From IMG/VR virus record IMGVR_UViG_3300017716_001704, positions 1 to 46,929 of that record: a DNA stretch of 46,929 nt, one strand, 5' to 3'. The notes beneath the pieces are model-generated. The model saw nothing but the letters and a program-made list of their open reading frames with translations. It was not told the DNA's origin and ran no database searches. Both the position numbers and the translations under genes were made by a program. Below, one piece after another: positions 27,497 to 36,461 of the stretch. This DNA comes from a virus. Taxonomy: Duplodnaviria > Caudoviricetes. Numbering within the stretch: the first letter of the stretch is position 1; each line of letters starts with the position of its first letter.

Positions 27497-27700
27497 ATGT
27501 CGTACGGCTACAACGTCGAGGCGATAGCTTTCGCCATCAACAAGGTGCGTATGTCGTACGACCCAAAAGACTGGAGCAACCCCGAGGGCGTTGATATGGT
27601 ACATGGAGCCCTCGACCTGTTAGCGCGTGACTTGGCAATAGGTTTGCATCCTGACAAGCAAGAAGCATTTCTCGCCCGATGTGGCACAGTGGAGGACTAA
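27497..27700 (+). CDS. Early hypothetical protein
   Basis: GAGGGA RBS, 67 aa. Confidence 0.65.
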   Translation: MSYGYNVEAIAFAINKVRMSYDPKDWSNPEGVDMVHGALDLLARDLAIGLHPDKQEAFLARCGTVED

Positions 27701-27701
27701 C

Positions 27702-28064
27702 ATGCACGACATCCAGAAGACTGCCCTGACCCGCCTGCTGTCTGTCCTGACCGGACTGAAAGCGGAGTATCGCATCAACCTGCCCGACGGTACGACGTAC
27801 GGCACACTTGAGGTGAAGCCCGCGGTGACACGCGCGACCCCGCGCAAAGCTGCCTATCCGCACGGCGAGCGCTCGACCTACATGCAGGCCATGCTTGGCG
27901 GCATGCAGCCCGGCGACGTTGCCACTATCAGCAATGATCCCTACCCGCAGAAGATCGCAGCGGCGTCGGCATCCTCGACCGCCCACCGCCTGTGGGGCGC
28001 AGGGAACTACATCGTCCAGCGCAACGCTGACGGCATCACAACCGAGGTTCTGCGCACAGCGTAG
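27702..28064 (+). CDS. Early hypothetical protein
   Basis: GGAGGA RBS, ATG 27702. Confidence 0.7.
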   Translation: MHDIQKTALTRLLSVLTGLKAEYRINLPDGTTYGTLEVKPAVTRATPRKAAYPHGERSTYMQAMLGGMQPGDVATISNDPYPQKIAAASASSTAHRLWGAGNYIVQRNADGITTEVLRTA

Positions 28065-28091
28065 GACGTACGACACACTGGAGGACTGACA

Positions 28092-28334
28092 ATGGCTGCA
28101 CCGAAATTCCAACACCGGCACTATGCCCCGCTTGCGGAGCTTCTGCACCGGCACAGCGTCTCGTATCAGAGGCAGGACAACACGGCGGCGCTGAGCGCTG
28201 TCGCGTCACTGGCAGGCGAGCTTGAAGGCTTGTTCGCACGGGACAACGAGCACTTCGACCGCGAGCGCTGGCGCGAGGCTTGGACCGGCCACCCGTCCAA
28301 GAAAGACGCCCGTACGGCAGCAAAGGCCCTCTAG
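28092..28334 (+). CDS. Early hypothetical protein
   Basis: GGAGGA RBS; 'F..RHY..LA...F..DN..FD.ER...A' small phage family pattern. Confidence 0.7.
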   Translation: MAAPKFQHRHYAPLAELLHRHSVSYQRQDNTAALSAVASLAGELEGLFARDNEHFDRERWREAWTGHPSKKDARTAAKAL

Positions 28335-28336
28335 CC

Positions 28337-28552
28337 ATGAACACTCGCGAAATCGCGGCGCGCATCGCCATCCACATCATCTATGCGGACCTTGACGGCG
28401 ACGAAAAGGGTGTTAGTGCGCTGGCCCACCTTGCCAACGTGCTAGGCCGTGACTTCGCGAGAGCCGACCCTAACTTCTGTACGAAGGAGTGGGAGCGCCG
28501 GTGGCAGCCCGAGGAATACAAGCAACGTCGTACGACAAAGCGGAGAGCGTGA
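28337..28552 (+). CDS. Early hypothetical protein, probable paralogue of the preceding gene
   Basis: 'ALAHLANVLGRDFARADPNF' resembles 'AVASLAGELEGLFARDNEHF'. Confidence 0.6.
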   Translation: MNTREIAARIAIHIIYADLDGDEKGVSALAHLANVLGRDFARADPNFCTKEWERRWQPEEYKQRRTTKRRA

Positions 28553-28755
28553 TGGTAGCGTTTACGGCATTCAAGCCCGGCACATACGACGTGCTTCTGT
28601 CGGACACCGTCCACGAGGAATGGTGCTGGATACGCAAGCAGGACGGCAAGACCCTGCACAAGCTGGGACTGGCCCACCCCGGCGAAGGCGGCTATACGCT
28701 GGCCGACGGCGTCACATGGGTTCAGGTGGAGGACGCTCTGTGCTTAAGCGAATAG
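28552..28755 (+). CDS. Early hypothetical protein
   Basis: TGATG coupling, GGAGA RBS. Confidence 0.6.
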   Translation: MVAFTAFKPGTYDVLLSDTVHEEWCWIRKQDGKTLHKLGLAHPGEGGYTLADGVTWVQVEDALCLSE

Positions 28756-29294
28756 TCATGGGACTGCCACGGAGCGGCACGACATGGGCGGCTAACTGGC
28801 TGACGTACGGCGGCGAGGTGTGCGTACACGACCCGCTGTACTACACGCACTATAACGACTGGGATGCGTCGTACGACAGCGTCTCATGCACGGGTATTTA
28901 CGACTGGCCCGAGTTCATCGCTGTGCAGGAATGCCCTGTGCTCGTGCTCCACAGGCCCGTCGGTGAGGTGCGCGCGAGCCTGATGGACTTCGACACGCAC
29001 CGGCAAGGCGCATGGCTGGACTGGGACGCGGATCGTAGGCTGGCCGATATCACAGCGCCCAACGTGCTGCATGTGAACTGGTCCGCCATGTTCACGCCCT
29101 CCAAGGCGGCGCTGATCTGGCGCTTCCTGCACATGCCATCGCAGTTTGATGCCGTACGACACGCGCAGTTGGTTCGCATGCGGATACAGCCCGCGTTCAC
29201 TCACCCCGAGGACGCCGACATGCAGTTGCATTCCCGGCTTATGGCTGAGTTGCGTGCTCGCAAGGCGCGTGATAAGGCGGAGGCTGGAGGCTAG
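28740..29294 (+). CDS. Sulfotransferase-fold (P-loop) protein
   Basis: GTG 28740 after GGAGGA; 'GLPRSGTTW.AN.L......HDP' and 'VLHRP..EV..SL' motifs. Confidence 0.65.
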   Translation: MLKRIVMGLPRSGTTWAANWLTYGGEVCVHDPLYYTHYNDWDASYDSVSCTGIYDWPEFIAVQECPVLVLHRPVGEVRASLMDFDTHRQGAWLDWDADRRLADITAPNVLHVNWSAMFTPSKAALIWRFLHMPSQFDAVRHAQLVRMRIQPAFTHPEDADMQLHSRLMAELRARKARDKAEAGG

Positions 29295-29297
29295 ACC

Positions 29298-29942
29298 ATG
29301 GGCAGAGCGCACAGCAAAGCACACATCCGCTGGCCCGCAGAGATTGCGGAGCATGGGCGCACAATTCTGGACTGGGCACTGACAAACAGCGCTGGCGATA
29401 TGGAGCGCTCGCCAATGACGGCGGCGTGTGCCCTGATCCTGTCCAACCTGCGCGAGGATATCAAGGAAACCACGGAGGCCAAGCCTGACGGTCGTACGGT
29501 GAAATACGGCGTACGAATGGCGGCAGTGCATCCACAGACCGGCGACTTCCTCGCCTTCTACCCGTGGCAGTTCGACGTCGCGGGCATGGACAGCGTGTGG
29601 CGCTTCGTGAGCGAGAACGGCTGGCAGCTATTCGACGGGCTTGACGTGATGCCTCTGGAGCTAACGCTGGCCGACCTGATCGACCGTACGAACACAGCCC
29701 GCGTGGCTATGTCCCGGCGCGCTGACGGCATCGCCATCATACGCGTGCGGTTCCAGTGGCAGAAGAAACGTGAGCGGCGCAATCTGCGGCGTGACGCAGA
29801 CCCGGACGATGTCAAGGTGTCATGGGATACGTGCGATGCACAGCTTAACGTGTGGATCGGGCCGAACGAAGCGGCCAAGGAACTGGAAGCGAAAGAGATT
29901 GCCGTACGACATCCTCTGTCGGGGCTGACACAACAGGCGTAG
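29298..29942 (+). CDS. Hypothetical protein
   Basis: GGAGG RBS, 214 aa. Confidence 0.7.
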   Translation: MGRAHSKAHIRWPAEIAEHGRTILDWALTNSAGDMERSPMTAACALILSNLREDIKETTEAKPDGRTVKYGVRMAAVHPQTGDFLAFYPWQFDVAGMDSVWRFVSENGWQLFDGLDVMPLELTLADLIDRTNTARVAMSRRADGIAIIRVRFQWQKKRERRNLRRDADPDDVKVSWDTCDAQLNVWIGPNEAAKELEAKEIAVRHPLSGLTQQA

Positions 29943-30008
29943 AGTTTGCATGGTACTGGCCGGGTTAGTTGTTGCGCTCATTCTGGCGCATATCGTGAGG
30001 GACTGACA

Positions 30009-30146
30009 ATGCTGAACAATCTGAAGACGTGGCTGAAACTCATCGCCCTCTGGAGCGCGGTCTACGTAGCCATGGGCATCGTCGCGGTGATGGTGCTGAT
30101 GTCTGTGCTGGCCGACATGGGCTTCCGGTGGGGCACGCTCGCGTGA
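30009..30146 (+). CDS. Small membrane protein
   Basis: GAGGGA RBS, one hydrophobic segment, 45 aa. Confidence 0.6.
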   Translation: MLNNLKTWLKLIALWSAVYVAMGIVAVMVLMSVLADMGFRWGTLA

Positions 30147-30277
30147 TACGCATCCTGCCCGTGCGCGACCTAGAGGGAATGTTCCTAGGGTTCAGCGTCG
30201 AGGGGCCGGACGGCACGACATTCCACAAGACACTGTTCGCCGCCTTTAAGGCGTACGACATACGGAGGGCAGCATGA
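30143..30277 (+). CDS. Small hypothetical protein
   Basis: GTGA and ATGA overlaps on either side. Confidence 0.5.
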   Translation: MIRILPVRDLEGMFLGFSVEGPDGTTFHKTLFAAFKAYDIRRAA

Positions 30278-30750
30278 CCACACCAATCGAAGTGAAGACA
30301 GGCGACAAATGCCTGATCGTTCTGAAGGACTACAACGGCGGCGATGCCTACGAGGCTTCTGTCGTACGCGTGACACCGAGCGGCCAACTGCGCGTCGGGT
30401 TCGAGCGCCAAGGCCGCAAGGTCGAACTGAGCTTCTACAGACCCAAGTGGGGCGGAAACTTCCGCGAGGTCGGCGGCAACTCGTCGTATCGCTCGTCAAG
30501 CTGGTATCTCTACTTCGGAGAGGACGCCGAGGCGCAGCGCAAGATCACAGCCGAGCACACGGAGCAGCGGCTGATCTACTTCGCGCTGAACGCTGCACTG
30601 GGTGGCATGCCTACCGGCTGGGGCCGTAGCGTGCCCAAGAACACCGACATCGCAGACCTGCGCAACAAACTTGCGAAGGTCATCGGCGCGCTGAACGAGG
30701 CCGAGCGCTGGAACAACAAGCAGGCCCTACAGGAGGCAAACAATGCGTGA
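30274..30750 (+). CDS. Hypothetical protein
   Basis: GGAGG RBS, 158 aa. Confidence 0.7.
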   Translation: MTTPIEVKTGDKCLIVLKDYNGGDAYEASVVRVTPSGQLRVGFERQGRKVELSFYRPKWGGNFREVGGNSSYRSSSWYLYFGEDAEAQRKITAEHTEQRLIYFALNAALGGMPTGWGRSVPKNTDIADLRNKLAKVIGALNEAERWNNKQALQEANNA

Positions 30751-30958
30751 CATGGTCGCCCACAAGTGGCGGATGAAAGAGCGGCGCGAGCGCCAGTTAG
30801 ATCGTACGGCGAACTGTTCACCGTTTGGTCGCAAGATGGTTCGCGTACAGATCACCGGCAAATCTGGTGCGCCCGAGACAATCCTGATCGGCGTCGAGCG
30901 CATGGACGAGCAGGGCGCGTACCGCAAGGAACACTGGGGCAGCCATGAGCGTGCTTAG
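30743..30958 (+). CDS. Hypothetical protein
   Basis: AGGAGG RBS, 71 aa. Confidence 0.6.
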   Translation: MRDMVAHKWRMKERRERQLDRTANCSPFGRKMVRVQITGKSGAPETILIGVERMDEQGAYRKEHWGSHERA

Positions 30959-31199
30959 CGTCTGCAAGAACGTCATCGCGGCCAACAACAAGCGCGGCTG
31001 GCAATGCCCCGAGCCTGCCATACGAATCAGTCGTACGGCATCAGGCAAGGCCACCGAGCGCGGCCACATCGTCGCTATCAAGGACAAGGACGGCAACGTG
31101 GTGGCGCGCATCATCTCCTCACAGGACGGCAAGCCCGTCATCAAATGCGGTGCCAAGGTGGGCATCGTCACGGTCTACCCGGTAGAGGTGGAGGCATGA
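30945..31199 (+). CDS. Hypothetical protein
   Basis: 84 aa, 'N.I.AN.K.G...P.I ... P...CGAKV.I.T' small phage family pattern. Confidence 0.65.
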   Translation: MSVLSVCKNVIAANNKRGWQCPEPAIRISRTASGKATERGHIVAIKDKDGNVVARIISSQDGKPVIKCGAKVGIVTVYPVEVEA

Positions 31200-31750
31200 C
31201 TGACTATCTGACCATAGGCTTTGGCATTGTAAGCGTCTGCGCAGTGCTTGCGGCCATCGTATCCGAGCAGCGGCGCATGGACGCCGTACGGCTCATGAAT
31301 AGGCAGGTCGGCGTGTGGAAAGAGCTTCACGGGGCTGTCGTCTCTGCCAACGAAGAAATCAGCTACCAGCTTAACATCGTACGACGCGACCTGTCGGCGG
31401 AGACACGCAGGGCGGCGGAGATAGTGCGCGAGAACGAGCGGCTGGCCGAACTGGTAGAGCGTGACGGTCGCATACATCGTCTGCGCGCCTTCGACGCCTA
31501 CCGCATGCTGGCGAGCCGTGACCACGACTATGCGAGCAGCATGTCCGAGCAGATCGTCACCTTCCGCGTCAAGCCAACCCGTGAGTTTGCGTTCCAGTAC
31601 CTTATGCCGTGGGACATCGAGCGCGCGCGTCGGGAGTGGCCCCACACATCGCGCGCCATGGCCCGAAAGTTTGCGCGTGAGATATACGCCCTGACTGTGG
31701 CGGAGTGGGAGGAGCAGGTCGTACGACACTTAGCTCCGATGCAGCCATGA
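31196..31750 (+). CDS. Membrane-anchored coiled-coil protein
   Basis: ATG 31196 after GGAGG; N-terminal TM helix. Confidence 0.65.
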   Translation: MTDYLTIGFGIVSVCAVLAAIVSEQRRMDAVRLMNRQVGVWKELHGAVVSANEEISYQLNIVRRDLSAETRRAAEIVRENERLAELVERDGRIHRLRAFDAYRMLASRDHDYASSMSEQIVTFRVKPTREFAFQYLMPWDIERARREWPHTSRAMARKFAREIYALTVAEWEEQVVRHLAPMQP

Positions 31751-32076
31751 AGCCCGCCGAAGCAGCCCGCCTACTGGGGCTCAACCTGCCGACGACGGAG
31801 GAGGCCGTGCAGACGGCGTTCCGAGGCGTGGTGAAGTTCTGCCACCCTGACCATGGGCTCGCGACGTGGCCGTACGACCTAGGCCCTCCGCCGAGCATTG
31901 ACGACATAAAGCTGGCACGCTCTGTGCTGCTGGTGCACGTGAGTGGAGTGAAGCCAGCGTGTAATGTCTGCGGCAGCAGAGGTGTCGTACGCTCGAAAAG
32001 CTTCAAGCTCGTGCCCTGTCCCAAGGGCTGCAAGGTGAAGCCGTTGACACGCCCGCCTGCGCGACGTAAGAGCTAG
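31747..32076 (+). CDS. J-domain (DnaJ-like) protein with CxxC zinc finger
   Basis: 'LLGL.......V..AFR......HPD' and 'C..C.S.G........PC'. Confidence 0.75.
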   Translation: MKPAEAARLLGLNLPTTEEAVQTAFRGVVKFCHPDHGLATWPYDLGPPPSIDDIKLARSVLLVHVSGVKPACNVCGSRGVVRSKSFKLVPCPKGCKVKPLTRPPARRKS

Positions 32077-32102
32077 ACCCTTTCCTACATGCCGGAGCGC
32101 GT

Positions 32103-34358
32103 ATGGACCCCCGCTATATTGCCGACCTTGAGCGCAGCGGCATATCCCTCGCTGACGCAGAGGCGTCGGGCATCTTCTACGTAGACAACGCGGCCACCAT
32201 CTTCCCCGAGTTCAAAGCTCTGCCTGCTGTCGTACTCCCGTACTACCACCACACCGACAAGGACGAGAACGGCCTGCTGCCCCTTATGTTCCGGCGCGGC
32301 GGCGTAGAATATCAGTTCGCCCGCGTGCGCTACCTGCGTCTGCCACCGGCTCCCAAGGGCACGAAGCAGCAGCGCTATGACCAGCCGTGGGGCTCTGGCG
32401 TGCAAGCGTACTTCGCGCCGTTCCTCGACTGGCAGCAGGTGTTCGACATCCCGAAGGAGCCTATCTTCATCACCGAGGGCGAGAAGAAAGCCGTCATGGC
32501 GTGCGCGCTGGGATACCCTGTCATCGGACTGGGCGGCGTGTCCAACTTCCGCGACAAGGGCGCTGGCAACGAGCTTCTGCCGATCCTCGCGAGCATACCG
32601 TGGGCCGGTCGTACGGTCTACATCGTGTACGATAGCGACTACAAAACCAACCCTGACGTACGACTTGCTGCCGACCGCCTCGCCGCGGAACTGAGCTTGA
32701 AGCGCGGGGCTAGCGTGAAGCTGATTATGCTCCCGTTCGGCCCGCCCGGACCTGACGGCAAGCCTTCTAAAATGGGCCTTGACGACTTCATCCTCGCGCA
32801 CGGCATCGACGCGCTGGAGGAGCTTATCAAGACCGCGCCGGACCTGCGCAAGAGTGACGCGGAAGTGCTGGCGCTGAATGATAAGGTGGCTTTCATCGAG
32901 AGTGACAACGTCCTGTACGACTTCACAACGCGCGCCTATCTCGACAAGGCGGCGTTCCTGTCCGGGTCCGAGTTCGCGAAGCTGAAGATCACGCAGGCCA
33001 GCGCACAGGGCAACAAGGTCAAGACCACGTCCCTAGCGGCGGAGTGGATGACGCACGAGGCGCACCGTGTCTATCGGGACACATGCTTCGACCCGACAAC
33101 CCTCGACCGTACGGTGCAACGCGAGCAGGGCGGCGTAGCGCTGAACCTGTGGGAGGGCTTGCCCGAGAGTTCGCCCGGCGACGTCAAGCCTTTCCTCGAC
33201 CTGACTGAGTATGTGTTCTCGCTGCTGCCCGAGCAGGACCGCGACCTAGCTATCAAGCTGCTGATTTGGAAGTATCAGAACCCCGACAAGCTGCTGGGTA
33301 TCGCGATCACCCTTATCGGCGTGGGCTTGCAGGGCTCTGGTAAATCCCTGTGGGCCAAGATCGCCAAGGAATGCTTTGGGTCGTACGGCGTAAGCATCCC
33401 TAGTTCCTCGCTGGAGAGTGAGTTCAACCCGTGGCTGGAGCAATGCCTGTTCGTACTGTTTGACGAGGCCGAGCCCAAATATGTGTCGTCCAAGTCTGGA
33501 TCATCGAACCTCAAGGGCTACATCACAGACGCAGACCAGCAGCTTCGCGACCTGTACCGTAAGGGCAGGCAGATCAAGAACCGCTGCATGGTGGTGCTGA
33601 CGTCCAACCACCCCGAGGTGGGCAACCACGAGGAAGGCGACCGCCGCATGTTCGTGGTATCGAGCCCGGCAGCACACCCGGAAGGCGCGGCGTTCTATGA
33701 CCGCGTGCTGGACTGGCGCGACCGCGGCGGCATCAAACACCTCCGGCACTGGCTGCTGTCGTACGACCTAAAGGGCTGGCGTCCGCCGCCGCGCGCACCG
33801 ATGACGGCAGAGAAGCGCATGGCTGCCGCGGAGGGCCGCTCGACCATCGAACGTATCGGCATGCAGATGAAAGAGGCGCACGGCAACTACATCTTATCCA
33901 TGCTCGACCAGATGCGTATCTGGGCTGACAACAACGAGACGAGCAACAACCCGGACCGCGCCGCGCGCGCCCGAGAGATTGGCGACTTCATCCTTAACTG
34001 GCCGATCAGGCCGTACTACACACCTGACGAGCTTGCCATCATGCTGCCCGAGATTGCGGTGTCTCTGGGGTACGGCAGACAACAGGGCGGCACAGTGTCG
34101 GGCCAGATCAGCCGCGACCTGCGCAAGGCACAGATAACGTACTTGCTCAACAAGGATCACCCCGAGGGCTTTCTGTACCAAGGCTACCGCCAACAATTCC
34201 TTGTCGTCTCAGAGTTTGACGAGTACAAGCATAAGCCGATTTCGCAGGCTGACTTTGATCGCATGGCGGGGCAGTGGCCGACGTACGGCCAACACCGGCT
34301 GAAGTCTGGCGAGGCGGCACGAGGATTGCAGATTAGACGGAAACAAGCGGAGGCTTAG
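32103..34358 (+). CDS. Primase-helicase (DUF3854-type Toprim plus P-loop helicase domain)
   Basis: 'ITEGEKKA','GLGGV','IVYDSD','GLDDF' Toprim motifs; 'QGSGKS' Walker A, 'LFDEA', 'TSNH', 'DRR'. Confidence 0.88.
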   Translation: MDPRYIADLERSGISLADAEASGIFYVDNAATIFPEFKALPAVVLPYYHHTDKDENGLLPLMFRRGGVEYQFARVRYLRLPPAPKGTKQQRYDQPWGSGVQAYFAPFLDWQQVFDIPKEPIFITEGEKKAVMACALGYPVIGLGGVSNFRDKGAGNELLPILASIPWAGRTVYIVYDSDYKTNPDVRLAADRLAAELSLKRGASVKLIMLPFGPPGPDGKPSKMGLDDFILAHGIDALEELIKTAPDLRKSDAEVLALNDKVAFIESDNVLYDFTTRAYLDKAAFLSGSEFAKLKITQASAQGNKVKTTSLAAEWMTHEAHRVYRDTCFDPTTLDRTVQREQGGVALNLWEGLPESSPGDVKPFLDLTEYVFSLLPEQDRDLAIKLLIWKYQNPDKLLGIAITLIGVGLQGSGKSLWAKIAKECFGSYGVSIPSSSLESEFNPWLEQCLFVLFDEAEPKYVSSKSGSSNLKGYITDADQQLRDLYRKGRQIKNRCMVVLTSNHPEVGNHEEGDRRMFVVSSPAAHPEGAAFYDRVLDWRDRGGIKHLRHWLLSYDLKGWRPPPRAPMTAEKRMAAAEGRSTIERIGMQMKEAHGNYILSMLDQMRIWADNNETSNNPDRAARAREIGDFILNWPIRPYYTPDELAIMLPEIAVSLGYGRQQGGTVSGQISRDLRKAQITYLLNKDHPEGFLYQGYRQQFLVVSEFDEYKHKPISQADFDRMAGQWPTYGQHRLKSGEAARGLQIRRKQAEA

Positions 34359-34775
34359 ATGTCATTTCGACCCAACAAACCCGGCGACCCCATTCCTGAA
34401 AGCATGGGCGCTGTCGCAGACGAGTACGCGCAGACGCGCAACTTCCGGCTCGCCATGGAGAAAGTGGTGGAGCCCGTTCAGTCGCGCGAAAGCGAACTGC
34501 GCGAGCACATGGTCCGCAACCTTGAAAAGAGCCGCGCGGACGGAAAAGACACCGGCGCGGCTGGGCGGCTCTACCGTGTCCAGATCAAGGACAAGGAAAT
34601 TCCGAAGGTCAACGACTGGAACAAGTTCTGGGACTTCATCGCTGTCAACCGGCGTTTTGACTTGCTTCAGAAGCGCACTTCGGATAAGGCAGTCATGGAC
34701 ATGGTGGAGGCCGACCAGATGCCTCCGGGCATAGAGACGGTGCTGATACCGGACGTCTCGGTCACAAAGGTCTAG
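34359..34775 (+). CDS. Conserved replication-module hypothetical protein
   Basis: 'P.V.DW..F..FI.....DLLQKR.......  .....PPG' pattern. Confidence 0.7.
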   Translation: MSFRPNKPGDPIPESMGAVADEYAQTRNFRLAMEKVVEPVQSRESELREHMVRNLEKSRADGKDTGAAGRLYRVQIKDKEIPKVNDWNKFWDFIAVNRRFDLLQKRTSDKAVMDMVEADQMPPGIETVLIPDVSVTKV

Positions 34776-34784
34776 GAGGGCCAC

Positions 34785-35591
34785 ATGACGCACAACCTTA
34801 TCACGAACCAGCCCGGCACTGCCGTCGCCCTCAACAGCGACAAGTGGGCCGCAGCGGCCAAGGACTTCCGCCAGCACGAGCCCGAGACGACGACGTCTTA
34901 CTTCTCAACGCGCGGCGGCGTGTTCCGCGTTGGCGACGACGAGCTTGGCACGGAAATCTGTGTCGTCATCATCGACGCCGTTCGCGAGAACACCTTCTAC
35001 GAGGGCCGCTACAACCCCGAGGAACAGAACGCGCCAGTGTGCTATGCGTTCGGTCGCTCTGACGAGGACATGGTGCCCCACGAGACGATGCAGAACCACC
35101 CGGAATATTTTGTTCCGCAGGCCGAGGGCTGCAACGTCTGCCCTCACAACCAGTGGGGCTCTGCCGCGCAAGGCAAGGGCAAGGCGTGCCAGAACCGTCG
35201 CCGTCTCGCGATGCTGCCCGCCGGTGTCTACGGCGAGGACGAAAGCGGTCGTACGCTCGACCTGTACGATACCCCGGAGCATTACGCGGCTGCCGATCAG
35301 GTGACGCTGAAGCTGCCGGTGACGTCGGTCAAGAACTGGACGAAGTATGTCAACAAGATCGCTGACACGCTGGGTCGTCCGCCGTACGGCGTAGTCACGC
35401 GCGTCTTCCTTGTGCCGGACGCACAGGACCAGTTCCACCTCAACTTCGAAATGGTGGAAGCGCTGCCGGACGAACTGTTCGACACCATCCAAGCCCGGCA
35501 CGAGCAGATCGCGCCGACCATGGCTAAACCCTACTCACCTCCGTCAGCCGACGGCGGACCACAACGCGGCAAAGGCATCCGCCGCCGCTAA
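34785..35591 (+). CDS. Probable single-stranded DNA-binding/annealing protein with Cys cluster
   Basis: 'P.C','C..CP.NQWGS....GKAC.N.RRLA','LP.TS.KN' motifs; located in the replication module. Confidence 0.65.
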   Translation: MTHNLITNQPGTAVALNSDKWAAAAKDFRQHEPETTTSYFSTRGGVFRVGDDELGTEICVVIIDAVRENTFYEGRYNPEEQNAPVCYAFGRSDEDMVPHETMQNHPEYFVPQAEGCNVCPHNQWGSAAQGKGKACQNRRRLAMLPAGVYGEDESGRTLDLYDTPEHYAAADQVTLKLPVTSVKNWTKYVNKIADTLGRPPYGVVTRVFLVPDAQDQFHLNFEMVEALPDELFDTIQARHEQIAPTMAKPYSPPSADGGPQRGKGIRRR

Positions 35592-35605
35592 CCGGAGGAC
35601 TACTC

Positions 35606-35968
35606 GTGACTGAAGAAACCCAACTCGACGCCACGGAAACTCCGGCTGCTACCGCCGAAGTTAGCGAGGCAATCAAGGCGCTGTACGAAGTCTTCGTGCA
35701 GGGCGCTGTCGCTCACACCGCGACCAACACGACCGTCGCGCAGGCCGCTATCCTGATGCTGTCGGACGCGCTGGCGAACATGGCCGGGGCCTACAAGCTC
35801 CCGCAGGACCAGTTCAACGAGGTAGTGGGCGAGATGCTGCACTACTTCGAACAGGTGGCGATGAACCTGTCGCATGACGTCGCTGGCGTCGTGGAGAGCC
35901 TTATCAACCCGCCGCCGGAGCAGCAAGTTGTCAGCGCTGCCGACGCCGACGTGAACGTGGAGAACTAA
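35606..35968 (+). CDS. Hypothetical protein
   Basis: GGAGGA RBS, GTG start. Confidence 0.7.
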   Translation: MTEETQLDATETPAATAEVSEAIKALYEVFVQGAVAHTATNTTVAQAAILMLSDALANMAGAYKLPQDQFNEVVGEMLHYFEQVAMNLSHDVAGVVESLINPPPEQQVVSAADADVNVEN

Positions 35969-35969
35969 C

Positions 35970-36236
35970 ATGGCCGACATCGGTCACAACTCAGTCGGCA
36001 TGCAGCAGGCCGCTATCGACAAGCTGCGCTCGCTCGCCGCCAACATCGTGGACTGTGAAGACCGCGCTGCTGAAGTGGCCGAGGAGAAGCGTGCCTACTT
36101 CAAGGAAGCCAAGTCCGCGGGCTATGACGCTGCTGCCCTGCGGCAGGCCATATCGTTCCTCAAGGACGAGGCCGGTCGTACGGAGCAAGAGCAAATCCGC
36201 GACCTGTATATCGAGGCGCTGCGCGAGCGGGGCTAG
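35970..36236 (+). CDS. gapR: GapR/DUF2312-family nucleoid-associated protein
   Basis: 'IGHNS', 'LRS....I...E.......E....F.EAK..GYD...LRQ.I' and 'LY..AL' signature. Confidence 0.8.
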   Translation: MADIGHNSVGMQQAAIDKLRSLAANIVDCEDRAAEVAEEKRAYFKEAKSAGYDAAALRQAISFLKDEAGRTEQEQIRDLYIEALRERG

Positions 36237-36243
36237 AGCTATC

Positions 36244-36319
36244 GGCGGAAGGCTGCATGGGCAGGTTGACCGTTTCCACCGCGGTCATCGGGTCCGGTTC
36301 AAATCCGGTGCCGCCGTCA
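36244..36319 (+). tRNA. Atypical or degenerate tRNA-like element, anticodon CCA (Trp-like)
   Basis: GGCGG/CCGCC acceptor stem, CTGC/GCAG D-stem, TGACCG/CGGTCA anticodon stem, CCGG-TTCAAAT-CCGG T-arm; several non-canonical features. Confidence 0.5.
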
Positions 36320-36461
36320 AATACACCTGCGAAAGCCATGACCCTTAGTCTCCGTTGCGGGAGTTGGGACATGGCGGAGGGCGGGACCGGAGGCTGGGGT
36401 AAGTCGGCGCAGCGCAACTGTTCGCCGTAGGCTCCAGCCTCTTATGTTTCGGGAGGGACAT

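Noticed and set aside
32044-32072. Promoter upstream of the primase gene
   Set aside because: Perfect TTGACA, but the -10 at 17 bp (TAAGAG) lacks the conserved final T; too weak to call.
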